A DNA stretch of 64,000 bases, from assembly GCF_022539665.2 (NCBI RefSeq), contig NC_081332.1:3596001-3660000 (forward strand), read 5' to 3'. The first letter of the stretch is position 1; every line of letters begins with the position of its first letter. The DNA is from Daphnia carinata. Its lineage: Eukaryota. A program made the position numbers and the translations under genes. Below, in pieces: positions 51,101 through 64,000 of this stretch. The notes under the pieces were generated by a model. It ran no database searches, was not told the DNA's origin, and saw only the letters and a list, made by a program, of their open reading frames with translations.

Positions 51101-53756
51101 CCAGACTTCCTTCGACGAAAGAAAAGGCCAGGGCGCTATCAGCATGGCGAATTTGCAATCGAAGCTGTTGCAACTGAAAACCGAGCTGTTCCCATGCAGG
51201 TAGCAATTCTGCAGTACAACGCTTAATAGCCGATTGTTGGCTGTGCGTCATGAGTCGGAGCAAATCGCCCCATCGTCGGTTAGCGAAACAAGTTGAAATG
51301 TGCGACAAGAACTTGGTGTTTTGCTGAAGGCTGAAAGTCTCTTGAAACAGCTTCTCGAACTCGTGTCGGATTGGTGATATCTTCCACTTCAGATCGACAG
51401 GTTTGTAGCCGCCAAGGAGATCGGCACTGTCGCTCTGTTGGTTTAAATTAATGACAAGGAGCCGGTGGCCCAGTAATTGAGCGAGGTATTGCACGGTAGA
51501 AGTCTTTCCCGTGCCCGTCTCTCCGACCAACAAGACAGATTCCAGCTGTCGAACGCAAGCAGCTAAGCGTTCTAAAAGTACAGAAGAGTTCCTTGTCCAC
51601 GAAAAAGTTGATTTGGCAACTGTGTCGTGTGTCTTGAAACGTTTAAGAGATACTCGTCCGATACCAACTGTCTCGTCGGATATGTTGAAAACCGGTTTGT
51701 ACGAATGGCAGTAAAATTCTGCCTTGGCTTTTATCATATTCAGTTTGGCACCGATGTCTTCTGCCAATTGTAGTCGTCGCTCTCCGTTGAAGACGCAGGC
51801 GACGAAACAGTCGAGCGCGTCTTGAAAGATGGAGAGCTGTGATGTGATTGATGTTAGCGAGGTGTTGTCTAGTCGGAATTCCGCCGCAATACGTTGGCAC
51901 CATTTGAAGAAGTCGCGAGGAGACAGAGAACGGTCGTTAACCGTCATCCGAGTATTTGCTTGATCTTCGCTGAGCAAGTAATAAGCGTCCAGTAATTTAT
52001 CGGTGAGAGGACTCAGTGATGGAAAGCGGCAGTCTATGACGGTTTGAAGTTCGCTGCGTGAAAGCGGTTCGACGGCGATACGTCGCCACATCTTCTTAAG
52101 CATCGTAGCAGCGTTAACGGCATGCCCGTCAAACTGCCCGTGAGTCCGCTGAGTTGCAAATAGTTGGAAACCGGGAGCCGCTCGAATAACGTCACCATGT
52201 CCTGGAACATTAAGTGTTGATGATTCTACAACAGGAAGCAGCATGGACACGACATCCATTGGCGCGTAGTCAATATCTTCCAAAAGTAGCCAGCGGCCTT
52301 CACGCACAGCCTAAAAAACATCGAAATTAGTTGCCGTAATGAAATTAATTGCCATGAATTTTTACCTGAGTGAGTACACCAGCAGTCCAGACAAATTCAC
52401 CAGGTATATCAGTTGAATGGTATGTACCTAGAAGCACTTTGGAATCTGTTTGATCGCCTAGCTGAACTTTCAAAAGCCCCTGATTATGGATGGTTCGACC
52501 AGTGAGTGCAGCCACGTGTTCAACTAAGGTCGTTTTCCCTAGATTAGATAAAGTGAAATCGGTAATGAGAGAATGAAATCATAATTGTCAATGAGCAAAC
52601 TTACCACATCCGACCGGGCCAGTTATAAGGACTGGTAAACTGGACGTGATTGCAAGGGCCAAGTTCTGTAGGTGACTGCGTGTCGAAGTCACCGGGACGA
52701 CCGTCTCACCTTTACACTGGTCCTATTTATTCAACAAATTGTTAATTACCTGCATGTACTAGGCAATAAAATGGAATTACCTGTGAGAAACAGGGTAGCA
52801 GAACACCTTCGACATCAACGATCGCTTTTGACAGAATGCTTTTACTAATTTCACTCGTAATTCTCTGCAAACAATATATTAAAATATTATGCAAACTATA
52901 ATTAATAGAAAACCTATAGTATATTATACATCATCTTTCACAGGGTGCCTGGAATCTTCTTGAAAATTGTTTTCATTGGTAAAATACTTCAAGCTGAATA
53001 TTCTGTTTTGCTCTCCAGAAACACTTTGCATGACAAGTCTGAGCTTTTCCAATTCAGGTAAATTACTCAATTTAGCCAACGACTGACACACCAGCCATCT
53101 GATTTCGGGATCAGAAGAGTTTGAAAATTTCTTGATAAAACAAGACCAATCCCACATTTCTTTAAAATGCTCTGGAGCTGCTTGGAGTAGGTTATAGCTT
53201 GCCAAACAAAGCTCTAGCTCTGACACACCACATGATTTTTCTGTTTTGGGTTTCTTCTGTGGTGGTTCTAACTCAGACTTATACTGGAATGGCGAAGGAT
53301 TGTTTCTGAAGTATTGCATTATGAATCTATAAAAGAAAGTTGAAATTAATTCATAAAACAACAAAAGATTGATAGAAAAACTTCTTACTGTAAAACCCCC
53401 TTATTTCTGATGATGAGTTTCCCAAATAAAGCACACATCAGATGGTGCTTCAGTTCAGGTGATATCTCGATGCATGATGCTCGTTGTACTAGTTCAATTA
53501 GAATGGGGGAAAATATGCAAACAATGTCATAAAAAAATCCAGTCTTATCAAATAGCAGCAGATGAGCCACGTCATCCAAACATTTTTCTGCCACGAACGG
53601 GGTCCACTTTTGCATACCCAAATAACTGTTTAATTTAGCTATTTCAGAACTGGTAGATCCGAGGTCTACCAATTGCCGCAACGCCACAGATACAGAAAAT
53701 TTGGTTAGTTTTTCCATATCAGTGCAATTTGCGGACTCATCTGAAGAAACCCCCAT
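27482..53756 (-). CDS. MDN1: Midasin (MDN1/Rea1) AAA-ATPase, multi-exon; start at 53756 or 53717
   Basis: Repeated AAA modules (GPVGCGKT, GETGTGKT, GETSVGKT, GDTGCGKT, GSPGVGKT, GPRASGKT; LLDE/LDELNLA; FRLFAAMNP). Long linker, D/E-rich tail (29.0-30.6 kb) and C-terminal MIDAS/vWA domain (VLAVDDSSSM, IVSDGRG, FPFPFYVILRDI..LSDALRQWFE). Confidence 0.97.
40935..45441 (+). CDS. Orphan rhodopsin-like 7TM GPCR nested antisense in an MDN1 intron; exons 40935-41116, 42974-43271, 44034-44368, 44829-45441
   Basis: Four exons splice in frame via GT-AG. Seven hydrophobic segments, TM1 GVVTN, TM2 QAAVD, extracellular Cys pair, TM6 YALFWGP, TM7 HAFVNPTVF, and a Cys cluster after helix 8. Confidence 0.85.
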
Positions 53757-54550
53757 TTCAAAATGTCCCAATGAGACAGCAACGCAAACTGTACAATTTG
53801 TGCAAAATATTGTAATTCGTAGGAAGTAAGAAACCACGACTTGACAAATCCAAATTCAAGACTGAAAACTTGCGGGCAATTCGTTCGAGCACGTGTGTTT
53901 AACATTTCGTCTGCTCATCATTGGTAAAAATGTTTCGCTGCTGAAGGCCCAACGTGCACTAATATACTAATCGTATTCATATCAAATAAGTTTTTGCTTT
54001 TTATAATTGCTAAACCTTTTAAGTTCTAACGATTTATCCAGTACTTGATGATGGAATAGATTTCATTTTTAGGCTGATTCTAATTTATTTTGTTTGAAAG
54101 ATAGGTGGCGCTGACGTGGAACTATTTTAGGAAAATGTTTCCTGAGGGGCCTCTGTTAAGACAGGTGCGACACATTACCTGTGTACGGTTATAGGGAATT
54201 GAAAGTAGAAAAACACTATTAAAAAATAAATGTGTGCGTGAAGTCCTTGAACCGTGTATGTATGTGTCTGGCGACATATTGCCAGAAGTCCGGAACGATC
54301 GGACGCAGGCATTTGCCACGTTGCAGTCGATTTCTCAGGTTGTTTACTGAACGTCTTTCGTTCCTGATGTTTTCGAGGCAGTGGCTAAAACGTCGATCAA
54401 ATTATTTTCGTGTTTTCCCATTGAGTGTTGATTGCTGTCTAACGTAGCTACAGACGACGCTTTGCCCTTGCCACCTGTAAGACTGAAAACAAGTTCACAA
54501 ACCATATTTTGTTCTGTGGTTGGCAGTTTGGTTTTTGTGGTATAAAAATC
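53757..54550. promoter_or_regulatory. Probable bidirectional promoter/5' UTR region between MDN1 and the GalNAc-transferase
   Basis: Head-to-head start codons ~0.8 kb apart. No TSS data are available. Confidence 0.5.
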
Positions 54551-56951
54551 ATGATCAGAATGTTGCGAGCCAGAAGAAAGATTTGGAAATATCTTGTTTT
54601 CCTTGCTATATTTGGTTTGATAGTTTTTGGCATACGCCAAACACAGCATGATGGATCTGGCAGTTCAGGAAATCATCAAAAGTTCCCTGCCGAACCAGCA
54701 ATCAATGATGGTGGCTTGGAAAAATTCAATGAGATACAAAAACACATCATTCAAGGTTTGGAGGTAACACCTCCCCAAGTCGTTGTGGTGAAGCAGCCCA
54801 AAATTGAAAGCAACCAAGAAAAAGAAGTGCCACTAAAACCAATTAAAGGACCTGCTAACAAATATGACTTAGAAATTGCTGCTGATCTTCGGAAGATTGA
54901 AAGTGATCTTGGTGCTGGTGGAAAGGCAGTCAAACTTTTTGGCTCTGAGCTTCAGGAAGCTGAGGAAATTATGAAAAAAGAAGCCTTCAATCTTTTTGTC
55001 AGTGACAGGATTTCGTACAATAGAACACTGCCGGACGTTCGCGATTCGATGTGCAAAGACCTTACCTATGACAGGATATTACCTAGCGCCAGCGTCATAA
55101 TTATTTTCACTAATGAAGCCTGGTCTCCTTTGATACGGACTATTTGGAGCGTCATCAACCGATCTCCAGCTCAACATCTAAAAGAAATTTTGTTAATCGA
55201 TGATTTTAGCGATCGCATTGACCTCCAAGGTAAACTGGAGAGGTACATCGAAACGCGACTTCCCTCCAAAGTTAGACTAGTCAGACTTAAGGAGAGACAA
55301 GGGCTCATTAGAGCAAGGTTAGCTGGTGCAAAAGAAGCAATTGGAGACGTCATTATATTCCTCGATTCGCATTGTGAAGTAATTAAATCTTTTTTTCCCA
55401 TCGGAATTTCTTGACCAGTCAAGCATAAGAGAACTAACTATGAATTCACTTTTTTATTTTTTGCTTTCATTTTTTTTTAATATCTAGGCTACTCTAGGAT
55501 GGCTAGAACCGTTGCTACAGCGCATTAAAGAAGACAAACGTGCAGTTCTGGTACCGATTATTGACGTCATTGACGACAAAACGTTGGAATATTACCACGG
55601 CTCTCCGGAAAGCTTTCAAATTGGCAGTTTTACGTGGTCTGGTCATTTCACATGGATGGACATTCCCAAACGAGAGATCAAGCGCAGAGGAAGCCGTGTG
55701 GCACCCACTAATAGCCCAACGATGGTGCAATAAAAAAAATGCTATTTTTAAAACCAAACTCTCCCTTTAAAATTAGTTTTCTCTTTTCTAGGCAGGGGGC
55801 CTCTTTGCTATTGACAGGCAATATTTCTGGGATTTAGGTAAATTCGGATGTTAATGTAATCGCGAAGAAAACAAATCATGTCCAATTAAAATTTATCGTT
55901 TCAGGGTCGTACGATGAAGGGATGGACGTGTGGGGAGGCGAAAACTTGGAAATGTCTTTTAGAATTTGGATGTGTGGAGGAAGCCTTGAAACGATTCCAT
56001 GCAGTCGCGTGGGTCACATCTTTAGATCATTTCACCCATATACATTCCCTGGTATGTGAAACGAGAAATGTTTCCCAACAACCAAAGTGACCAGCTTTGC
56101 CTTTTTTCGTTGACTATAGGAAACAAGGATACTCATGGAATCAACACCGCGCGCGTAGTGGAAGTTTGGATGGACGAGTACAAAGAACTTTTCTATATGC
56201 ACCGAGGCGATCTGAAAACGGTCGATATCGGCGACACCACATCGCGCAAAAAATTACGTAAACAGCTTAAATGTAAAAGCTTCAAATGGTATCTCGAAAA
56301 TATTCTACCAGACAAATTCATCATGACTGAACATTCCAACGGCTACGGCAGGGTATAAACAAATCTTAACTTATAAAATTTTCAGTTAATTTGCAATTAC
56401 ATTCTCGCCAGGTAATGAACGAAGCTTTCGGGAAAAAATTGTGTCTCGACAATTTGCAGCATAACGAAGATCAACCGTACAATTTGGGACAGTACCCTTG
56501 TCATGCGCAAATGGCCATGAGCCAAGTAAATGAGATTATCAGAGAAAAGCCAATCGGCGCACTTACCAAATTCTACCTTTCTTTCATAAGGTATTCGCCT
56601 TGAGCAAACGGGGCCAGTTACGCCGTGAAGAATCTTGCGCCGAGGTACAAGACAACATTTCTGCTGAGGGGCCAGTTAAGATGGTGGGCTGTCAGTTGGA
56701 TCCGTCTGAAGACCAAAAATGGACGTTGTCCGAGGTACTTTCACTTTTGCCAATAGATCTAAGCCATTTTGCCTAATGAATATTTTGTTTCCTCTCTGTT
56801 TCTCCAATAATGGCAGAACGGTGAAATTATTCACCTGCTAACAGGCAAGTGCTTAGATAGAGGAAACAACATGGGACAGTCGGACGTGACGGTTCGCGAA
56901 TGCAACAATGGTCCCTCGCAAATCTGGAAGTTTGATCATTTTTACAAATAA
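54551..56951 (+). CDS. Polypeptide N-acetylgalactosaminyltransferase (GT27), multi-exon
   Basis: Type II TM anchor, then [77 protein letters not shown] and a C-terminal ricin-type lectin domain (CLD, QxW). Stop at 56949-56951. Confidence 0.95.
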
Positions 56952-57431
56952 TGAAAGCTCTCAAAATTTAGAAGAATTGACCATTCTTTACCTCTCGGGA
57001 ACGGCGCTCGCATTTGAACATGAGAAAAAAATCCATCTAAGTCATGCGACAGCGAAATTCCAACTGAATTCCAAATTTACACAATGTTACCATGTTGAAC
57101 CCTTTCCCCTTTTCCAACAGATTTTTAAAATTTTATTCATTGAACAGGTAAATCGGTATTTTCGTAAACCAACTTATTTTTCAAAATTGGACTTGAAATA
57201 ACTGCCGAACCTTTTTTTCGATGGTGCATTTTCCATCGCTCAAAGTGGCCTTCAATCGTGTTAACAAAAAAATGTTGTTTGATTTCCCATATTTAAATTG
57301 GTATATAATAATAAACATATCACTAAACGTCAAGTAGCGATTTTTCCTTGCTTCCACGCGATTTTACATTTTCGTTTGTTAAATGTTTCCTTCGCTCGTT
57401 ACGTTAAGATTCAAGTCCCATAAATTTACAG

Positions 57432-60400
57432 TTAACTGGAGACATTACCATTGGTGTTGGCCGTTTGGAAAGTATAAAAATACGGTTGATCGTGGAAGTG
57501 ATATTCACTCTTAATATGCCTTATCAGACGGCCGTCAACCAAATGACGTCCATACCGCAATGCCTCTAGCCTGTCATGGGCAAGACCAACCAAGATTAAC
57601 CAGTTGACCAGCTCTGTTCCAAGGAAGACTTTGCGGTATGTTTTGAGCCGTCTCCTGTAATCAACAAAGGGAGGTGTTACGTGCGCATACGCTCCACAGT
57701 CGAAAGATTTTTCTAAATATTACCGTTTGTCTCGGACGAGATCTGCAATGCATTTGCTCATGTGATATGTGCGGAACTGCTCGCAAATTAATTTTGTTTC
57801 AGGACTAAGGGCATCCGTATGAGGCAGTCCCAAAGATTTGGCTCCATCCCAGAAATGACGCCATCTGTGACGAAGATAATTTGGATTTAATGAATTTGCT
57901 TATAATAATCACAATACACCCGTACTTCTTCATCAGTGGTGAGACGATCAACTTGTTATCAAAACCAAAGATCATGCAGACCAAAAAGCCTTGTCCATAA
58001 TTGAGAACCCCGTCGAAGAAGAGCAACTCAAGATAAATTCCACTGACTCCCTCCACAATGATGGTCCATATGCAAAGCGCGATACCCTATTAAAAAAAAA
58101 ACACATTGAAGAAATATCATGGATAGCTTTGGAAACTGCTTACGCTTACCACAAACATCGAGCAGGAAAGAATAAGCAAAAGCACAATATGCCGTAGTAT
58201 TTGATATTCTTCATTTGGATCGTTAAGAATCAAAGCTTCCTCTGGCTCTGTGGGTGTTGAGTTGTATCGCTTTACTATTTGTACGCACTGTTGTTGCCGC
58301 GTGACGTCACAGTTCGGCGAGGAACAGAACTCCGTCGCATTCCTAATTATAAGACAATAACCTTAGGAAAACGAATTTGAAGCAATTTTTTAGGCTAACG
58401 AACCCTTCCGTGTCATTGGCTGCATACAAATCAGCAGAGGATTCGTTGGGTAAATCCTCTTCTGCGCTTGTTTCAGCTAAAAGGGCTGCCGTCTCCTCTC
58501 GTTGCCTTGTACGGGCTAAAGCGGATCAAACCAGGGGATTACTTAGATGTACGCCGTCTAGAATACATTATGGAAAGTTTACCATTTCTCGTCAAAATAT
58601 TTCCAAAATCCTCTATGTCTAAGACGGATGGGTTTGATGGTGTTGGTCCTGGATCATTGGCGTGATCTGATTCGTCGTCTACACGCACGGATTGGTACTC
58701 GTTGTATTTCTTCCCGTATCGTTGCTGCATGATAAGGCACGTCACAGTAACTGCAACACCAATTGAACATAGAATAAAAAAACATATTTGAATAGTATTG
58801 AAAAGAAAAGATACCTAGAAATGATGAAATAAGAACCACCACGGCTACAATGGCTTGTGTTTGGCCATACTGGAAATTTGGATCCGATTTCTGTGCGTGA
58901 TCAGTTTCCGAATCAACAGTTGAGAGTAGCACGGTGGCTATAACAGCGGGGATACCCCAGCCAATGCCAACAAACCACGGACGTAGTTTAAGGACAAAGC
59001 ATAAGCTGCGAGTGCGGAGGAAGTAGAGCGACAGGGCCAAAAGAGCAGTCCACAAACGTGAACCAAAAACTCCCAAAGCGATAAAGACAAACTGTAGATA
59101 CAGTTGCCATGTTTTGTCGCAACAACCGAGGGAAGACCATAAAATCACGCCGAAGCATCCCAGAAACTAAAAACAGATGGGAAAACATAAGCCTTTTGAA
59201 TATCAGAAACTTTTATATTATTGTTTACTTGAGAAATAACTAAACAGAGAGTGAAGAAATGAGGAATCTTCTTCCATTTTCGGCCAACGGTGAAAATACC
59301 TATTACCCATGCCTGTTGAAAACAAATTCCATATAAAAAATGAAAAAAAAAAGGAAGACTTCTGAAATCAAAATTCGTGTACCGTAGCAATGACGCTGAT
59401 GATACTGATATCGAAGAGGAAGGCATCTAAATCTTCGATATAGTTGGATGGGTTTAAATTTGTGAGAGTCAGCATCTTGGCAGAAATGAACATAAGAGGT
59501 GCGGACAAAAAAGTTCCGGCAGTTACTGCACTGGCAACTAGATCAACATTCACTCCAAAATGTGTTGCGTAGACAAATACTCCGGGAGCCGTGGGAAAAG
59601 TACCGTAGAGGAAGCCAAAATTAGAAAGGTCTACCGTTTCATTGGCATCAGCTCCCGCGTTAAGGACGGTTACAAATTCTCTGGTGACTATGGGTAGTAC
59701 CAAACTTTAGAACATAAATACAGAATTATTAATATAGATTTCTGCAAAGTGCTACTCTCCAATTTTCATCATACCATTTAACGCAAATTAAGATGCAAGG
59801 TATAACGAGATTGGCGCCTTGTAGCTGATGCATTTGGCCAACCATTCGTAATCCAAGAAGGAAGAGAGCCGCAGCAGAAAAAGCACTACCGAACACCTGA
59901 AAAAATTAAAAAGTAGTTTTATCAATTTCCACTGGCATGCAATTGCAGATTTTTTTTTAATACCTTCAAAATTCCTTCCAGAATTATTGGTAATTGTTGG
60001 TGGAAAACCAGGTTTCCAACTATGCCAAGAGTCGTCATGAAAACAACGGGATTGAAAAGGACTTTGGCTAAAATGTTTAAAAATAAGTAACTTGTCGACT
60101 CTGTTTTTGGAAGTTCTCTGTTATTGGGAATCAAGGAATTGTCTATCGATGTTGATGCGTCAATTCTGCGCTTCCCGATTTCCATGAAGAGGAATGCTAT
60201 AGGGTTTAAGATAACCAATGATATTGGAGCCATAAGGTACAGATAACTAGGGTATGCAGGATGTGATTTGCTGTAAAGGGCTGCTACAATAGGGAATCCT
60301 AATGCAAAATCATTAGACTGGGTGCAGAAAATGGCAAACAGCCCAGATTTTGACATGTCAACAGGTCTTGTTACAAGTAACGTTATTACAAGGACTGCTA

Positions 60401-60771
60401 TAAAAATTGAAGCTTTGGCTAACAAAACTGCAAGTAAGAACTGCCAGTTAACTGAACTCAGATCGAGTGTGGCCATTGACATGAAAATCAATGAAGGCAG
60501 AGCAAAAGTGCCAACAAATGTGTTCAACCCTTTGGCTTCTGTAGCTGAAATTATGTTTAACCTCCCAGCCACATACCTGGCACAAAAACAATACAATTAA
60601 GCTGACTAAAATACAAATACAATATAAACTGACAATACAAATACAAATTTAAAAAAATACATACCCGCAAAGAATAACAGCAAAACATTCTATCAGAGCG
60701 GGATACAAGTTGTCAAATGAAACATCTCCACCTGAAGGACTTTCGGTTGGTACCGTAGCAGTGGATAACAT
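57432..60771 (-). CDS. GPR155: Integral membrane protein GPR155 (LYCHOS): PIN-like transporter domain + GPCR-like domain + DEP domain, multi-exon
   Basis: NLYPALIECF, GLNTFVGTFALPSLIF, FCTQSNDFALG, YLYLMAPISLVILNP, GFLYGTFPTAPGVFVYA, TFLSAPLMF, DPNFQYG, SGIYLELLFFD..NYGQG, and DEP-like FLGTELVNWL..HFHD..YFYTF. Confidence 0.93.
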
Positions 60772-63505
60772 TTCAAAACGAAGCCACGCGTACCTGAGAA
60801 GATTAAACAAGACAGCTTTTAACTGTAAACAATAGTTGTCTGGATAGGTATGCTTTCCCGTCTCGTGAATTAGTCAAAAGTTCGCAGTCCCTAGTTTCAC
60901 CTACCTGTAGATTACGAAGATTTACTTCCCACGAAATTACAAGTACGCAATCAGGCTTTACTTTTCTACGTGACATAGGCTGCCATAATAACAGATCACC
61001 CTACCGATCTGATGACGCGTGAAAAGAGATACGGGCAAAACAGTTAAGATCACTAAAGCAACCCAATGTAAACAAAACTCGCTTCGGGAGTCGGGAACAA
61101 GTCATCTATCGGACGACCTTGGCGGTAACCTAATATCCTACTCACGTTTTAAAACCGTGTCTTTAAAGCTAGGGTTCTTAAGAATTAACATTTTCTCTAT
61201 TCAGAGTAAACACAATTAGAAAATCGGTTTAAAAGGCGCCATGTCTTGGTATAAATAAGTTCTTAGTTGCATAACACCGAATAAAAATGTGACGTACTTA
61301 CTGGTTTCGCCGAAATGGATTGCGTTTGTTGACACGAAATTCAGCGAATTGAAGTTCTATATGAGGAAATCTTATCACGCCTGAATGGGATGCGATGAAA
61401 GCGTCGTTAAAACACGAGGCGATCTTTCCAACTCCTTTCGGTTAGTCGAACATCTAGAATAGAAATTTTCCTCCCATCATTCCCAGATTTTTGGATTTCA
61501 CATAATTTATCATGTTTAACTATCAAGGCATGTGACCCAAAAAAATATTACACTTGGTCACTTTGTTGTTACTCCATGAGTCAAAAGAACAAGTGTCGTG
61601 ACGTAATATTAGTTAAACCCAAATAGCTGATGACGCATTCTTGACAAATGACTAGGTCCTAGAGCGAATGAATAACTACCTGAAAACAGAAAAATACAAG
61701 TATGCCCGATAAGGTGATGAACATTGCAAAACTTTAAGTCAACACAAATTAACGATAACGTGGATTGTCCTAGAAGGTTTCACCTGGTTTTAGCAGGTTA
61801 ATAAGAGAACAAAACGACATGCGACCACGAGCTACTGAGCATATACATTTAATTTACGTACCTTGTCATAAAGATAACCTTGGTAGAACGAGTTGAAAGA
61901 CTAGAAGAACGACGTAATTAGGAGGCAAAACCGGATGATATATCGCGCCATTGCAATACCTAAGTCGTTTGATTCTGGCTCACCAATGGAAACAGAACAC
62001 ATTTAGGAAATAAACGGGGGTTCATCGAGCACGATCACGTTGCAAACTGCTGTCTATATAGGCGTGACGGATATCGAAGTAGGTGGCCCATAAATTTTTC
62101 CACTAGTCATTCGACAGTGCAGTTTTCAAAGTCGATACTTCACGAAAGTCTAAGTGAACGCCACTTACAAGGACCTCGATTGCTTTTAATGAGTGGCGTA
62201 GTTTAAGTGATTTGGAGCGCAAATAGATCGTCGATACGGTCGACTGGTGGCATCAGGCAACCAAATGACGAGCCCATTTATTTCTCCCACCTATACTCAA
62301 TATTTGGCAATAATAAAGTAATAAACTGAATTACCCTCGACGACTCTCGAAAAAGCACGTGAACCTTGTCGACGATAAACTAGCAGACGAAAAGCCAAAA
62401 CATCCTACCTACTTCTCGTCGGCTGCAAATAAAAAGGTTTTGCGGTGCTTTTCGGTACAATTTATAGTCAGGACTGTAAATTACGATAGCCTGGTAATGT
62501 CATGGCTCATTCGATCAAAGAGTACAGCTTCATTAAAATATTCTTGTCCCTGTGGATCTCAATACAGGCAAACTATGACAAAATCAATCCACTTGATTGC
62601 AAGGGCAAAACGATGATTTTGACAGCGTAAGCTTTCCTGAATATGGAAAAGGAAAATTTTCATCGCTTTCCTTTCAAGGTAATAGAATGGACAGGCTAAT
62701 GGCCTTTCTAGACAAGTTACTTATTCCTAGAAACTTAAGATTCAACTTTTACCTGGCAACTCCGACAAATTACCTGACATCAAAACAGACACTAACCGAC
62801 ATGCATCGATGTTGGCTCTTTTCCAAGTCAGTGGATCCCCCTGGTTCAGGTATCTAATCATGTGAGTGGATGAGCCGACGGGACGAGACCTATCTTTGCC
62901 TTCAGAGAATCTAATTAAAATGCAGCATGGTAAACCACGTATTTTTCCCGAAATCCTCGGCAAAATTGTACCTCATTACCTGGTTTGGATACTCATTCAC
63001 GGCGCATGTGGATCCAGTTTTCTTTTTGAATTCAATATGTTACACGAGACTTTATTTTCCGCTTTGTGGTAAGCCAAAGTTATCGATCAGTCGCGGATGT
63101 CTCGGAACATACTTTCTTCATAACTTAGGTGGTAGTCTGCGGTTGGCATGGCAACTGTTCCTAATAAATGAGATCGACGAGGGACCACTGAGATATGGTA
63201 AAGCAAAGGAAACGTGAGAGCCGTGATGAGACCAGTAGAGTTCCGGCTGCAATTGCATTCGCAGTGTAAAATTAAATCAAGAGGTTTTAAGTGAGATCAA
63301 CCGAACGACTACTTTCATCAACTCTATCTGCCTACTCACTGACGCACGCACACGGTGCTTTCAATGGTACTCTTGAATTTTTCGTCCTTGAATAGAAGAA
63401 GAAAAAAATTTCTGATAAAATCAAAAGTTTGAAAAGAAATTTGTAATGAGACAAAAAAAAAAGGTAGGAATTTCGAGTGTTTCTGTCCAGATTAGTCGAC
63501 CGCGG

Positions 63506-64000
<495 letters not shown>

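Noticed and set aside
60800..63450. Short ORFs between GPR155 and POLR2D
   Set aside because: No recognisable coding signal. Probably 5' UTR exons/promoter of GPR155 and the 3' UTR of POLR2D.

Overview
Eukaryotic, intron-dense genomic DNA. Compact genes with many ~60-70 bp GT-AG introns suggest a crustacean such as Daphnia (inference). Host genes: a PAQR3-like progestin/adipoQ receptor (+), a BDH1-like short-chain dehydrogenase (-), midasin MDN1 (-, ~26 kb) with an orphan 7TM GPCR nested antisense in its 9.4 kb intron, a polypeptide GalNAc-transferase (+), GPR155/LYCHOS (-) and the 3' part of POLR2D/RPB4 (-). The standout is a 14,162 bp foldback-type insertion (8025-22186). It has two ~5.95-5.99 kb inverted arms around a 2.2 kb spacer, ends in ATGGCAATCCGTTTTAC...GTAAAACGGATTGCCAT and is flanked by an exact 8 bp target-site duplication (TGTTCTTT). 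I recognise no transposase in it. It carries degenerate host gene fragments: vasa-like CCHC knuckles and the POLD1 C-terminus (both with introns) and a USP4/11/15-like segment. It also holds a third internal copy of its own terminus, and each arm has a module of two GC-rich hairpin clusters, two divergent tRNA-like sequences and a 23 bp minisatellite. Protein-family calls come from motif recognition by eye, not database searches.
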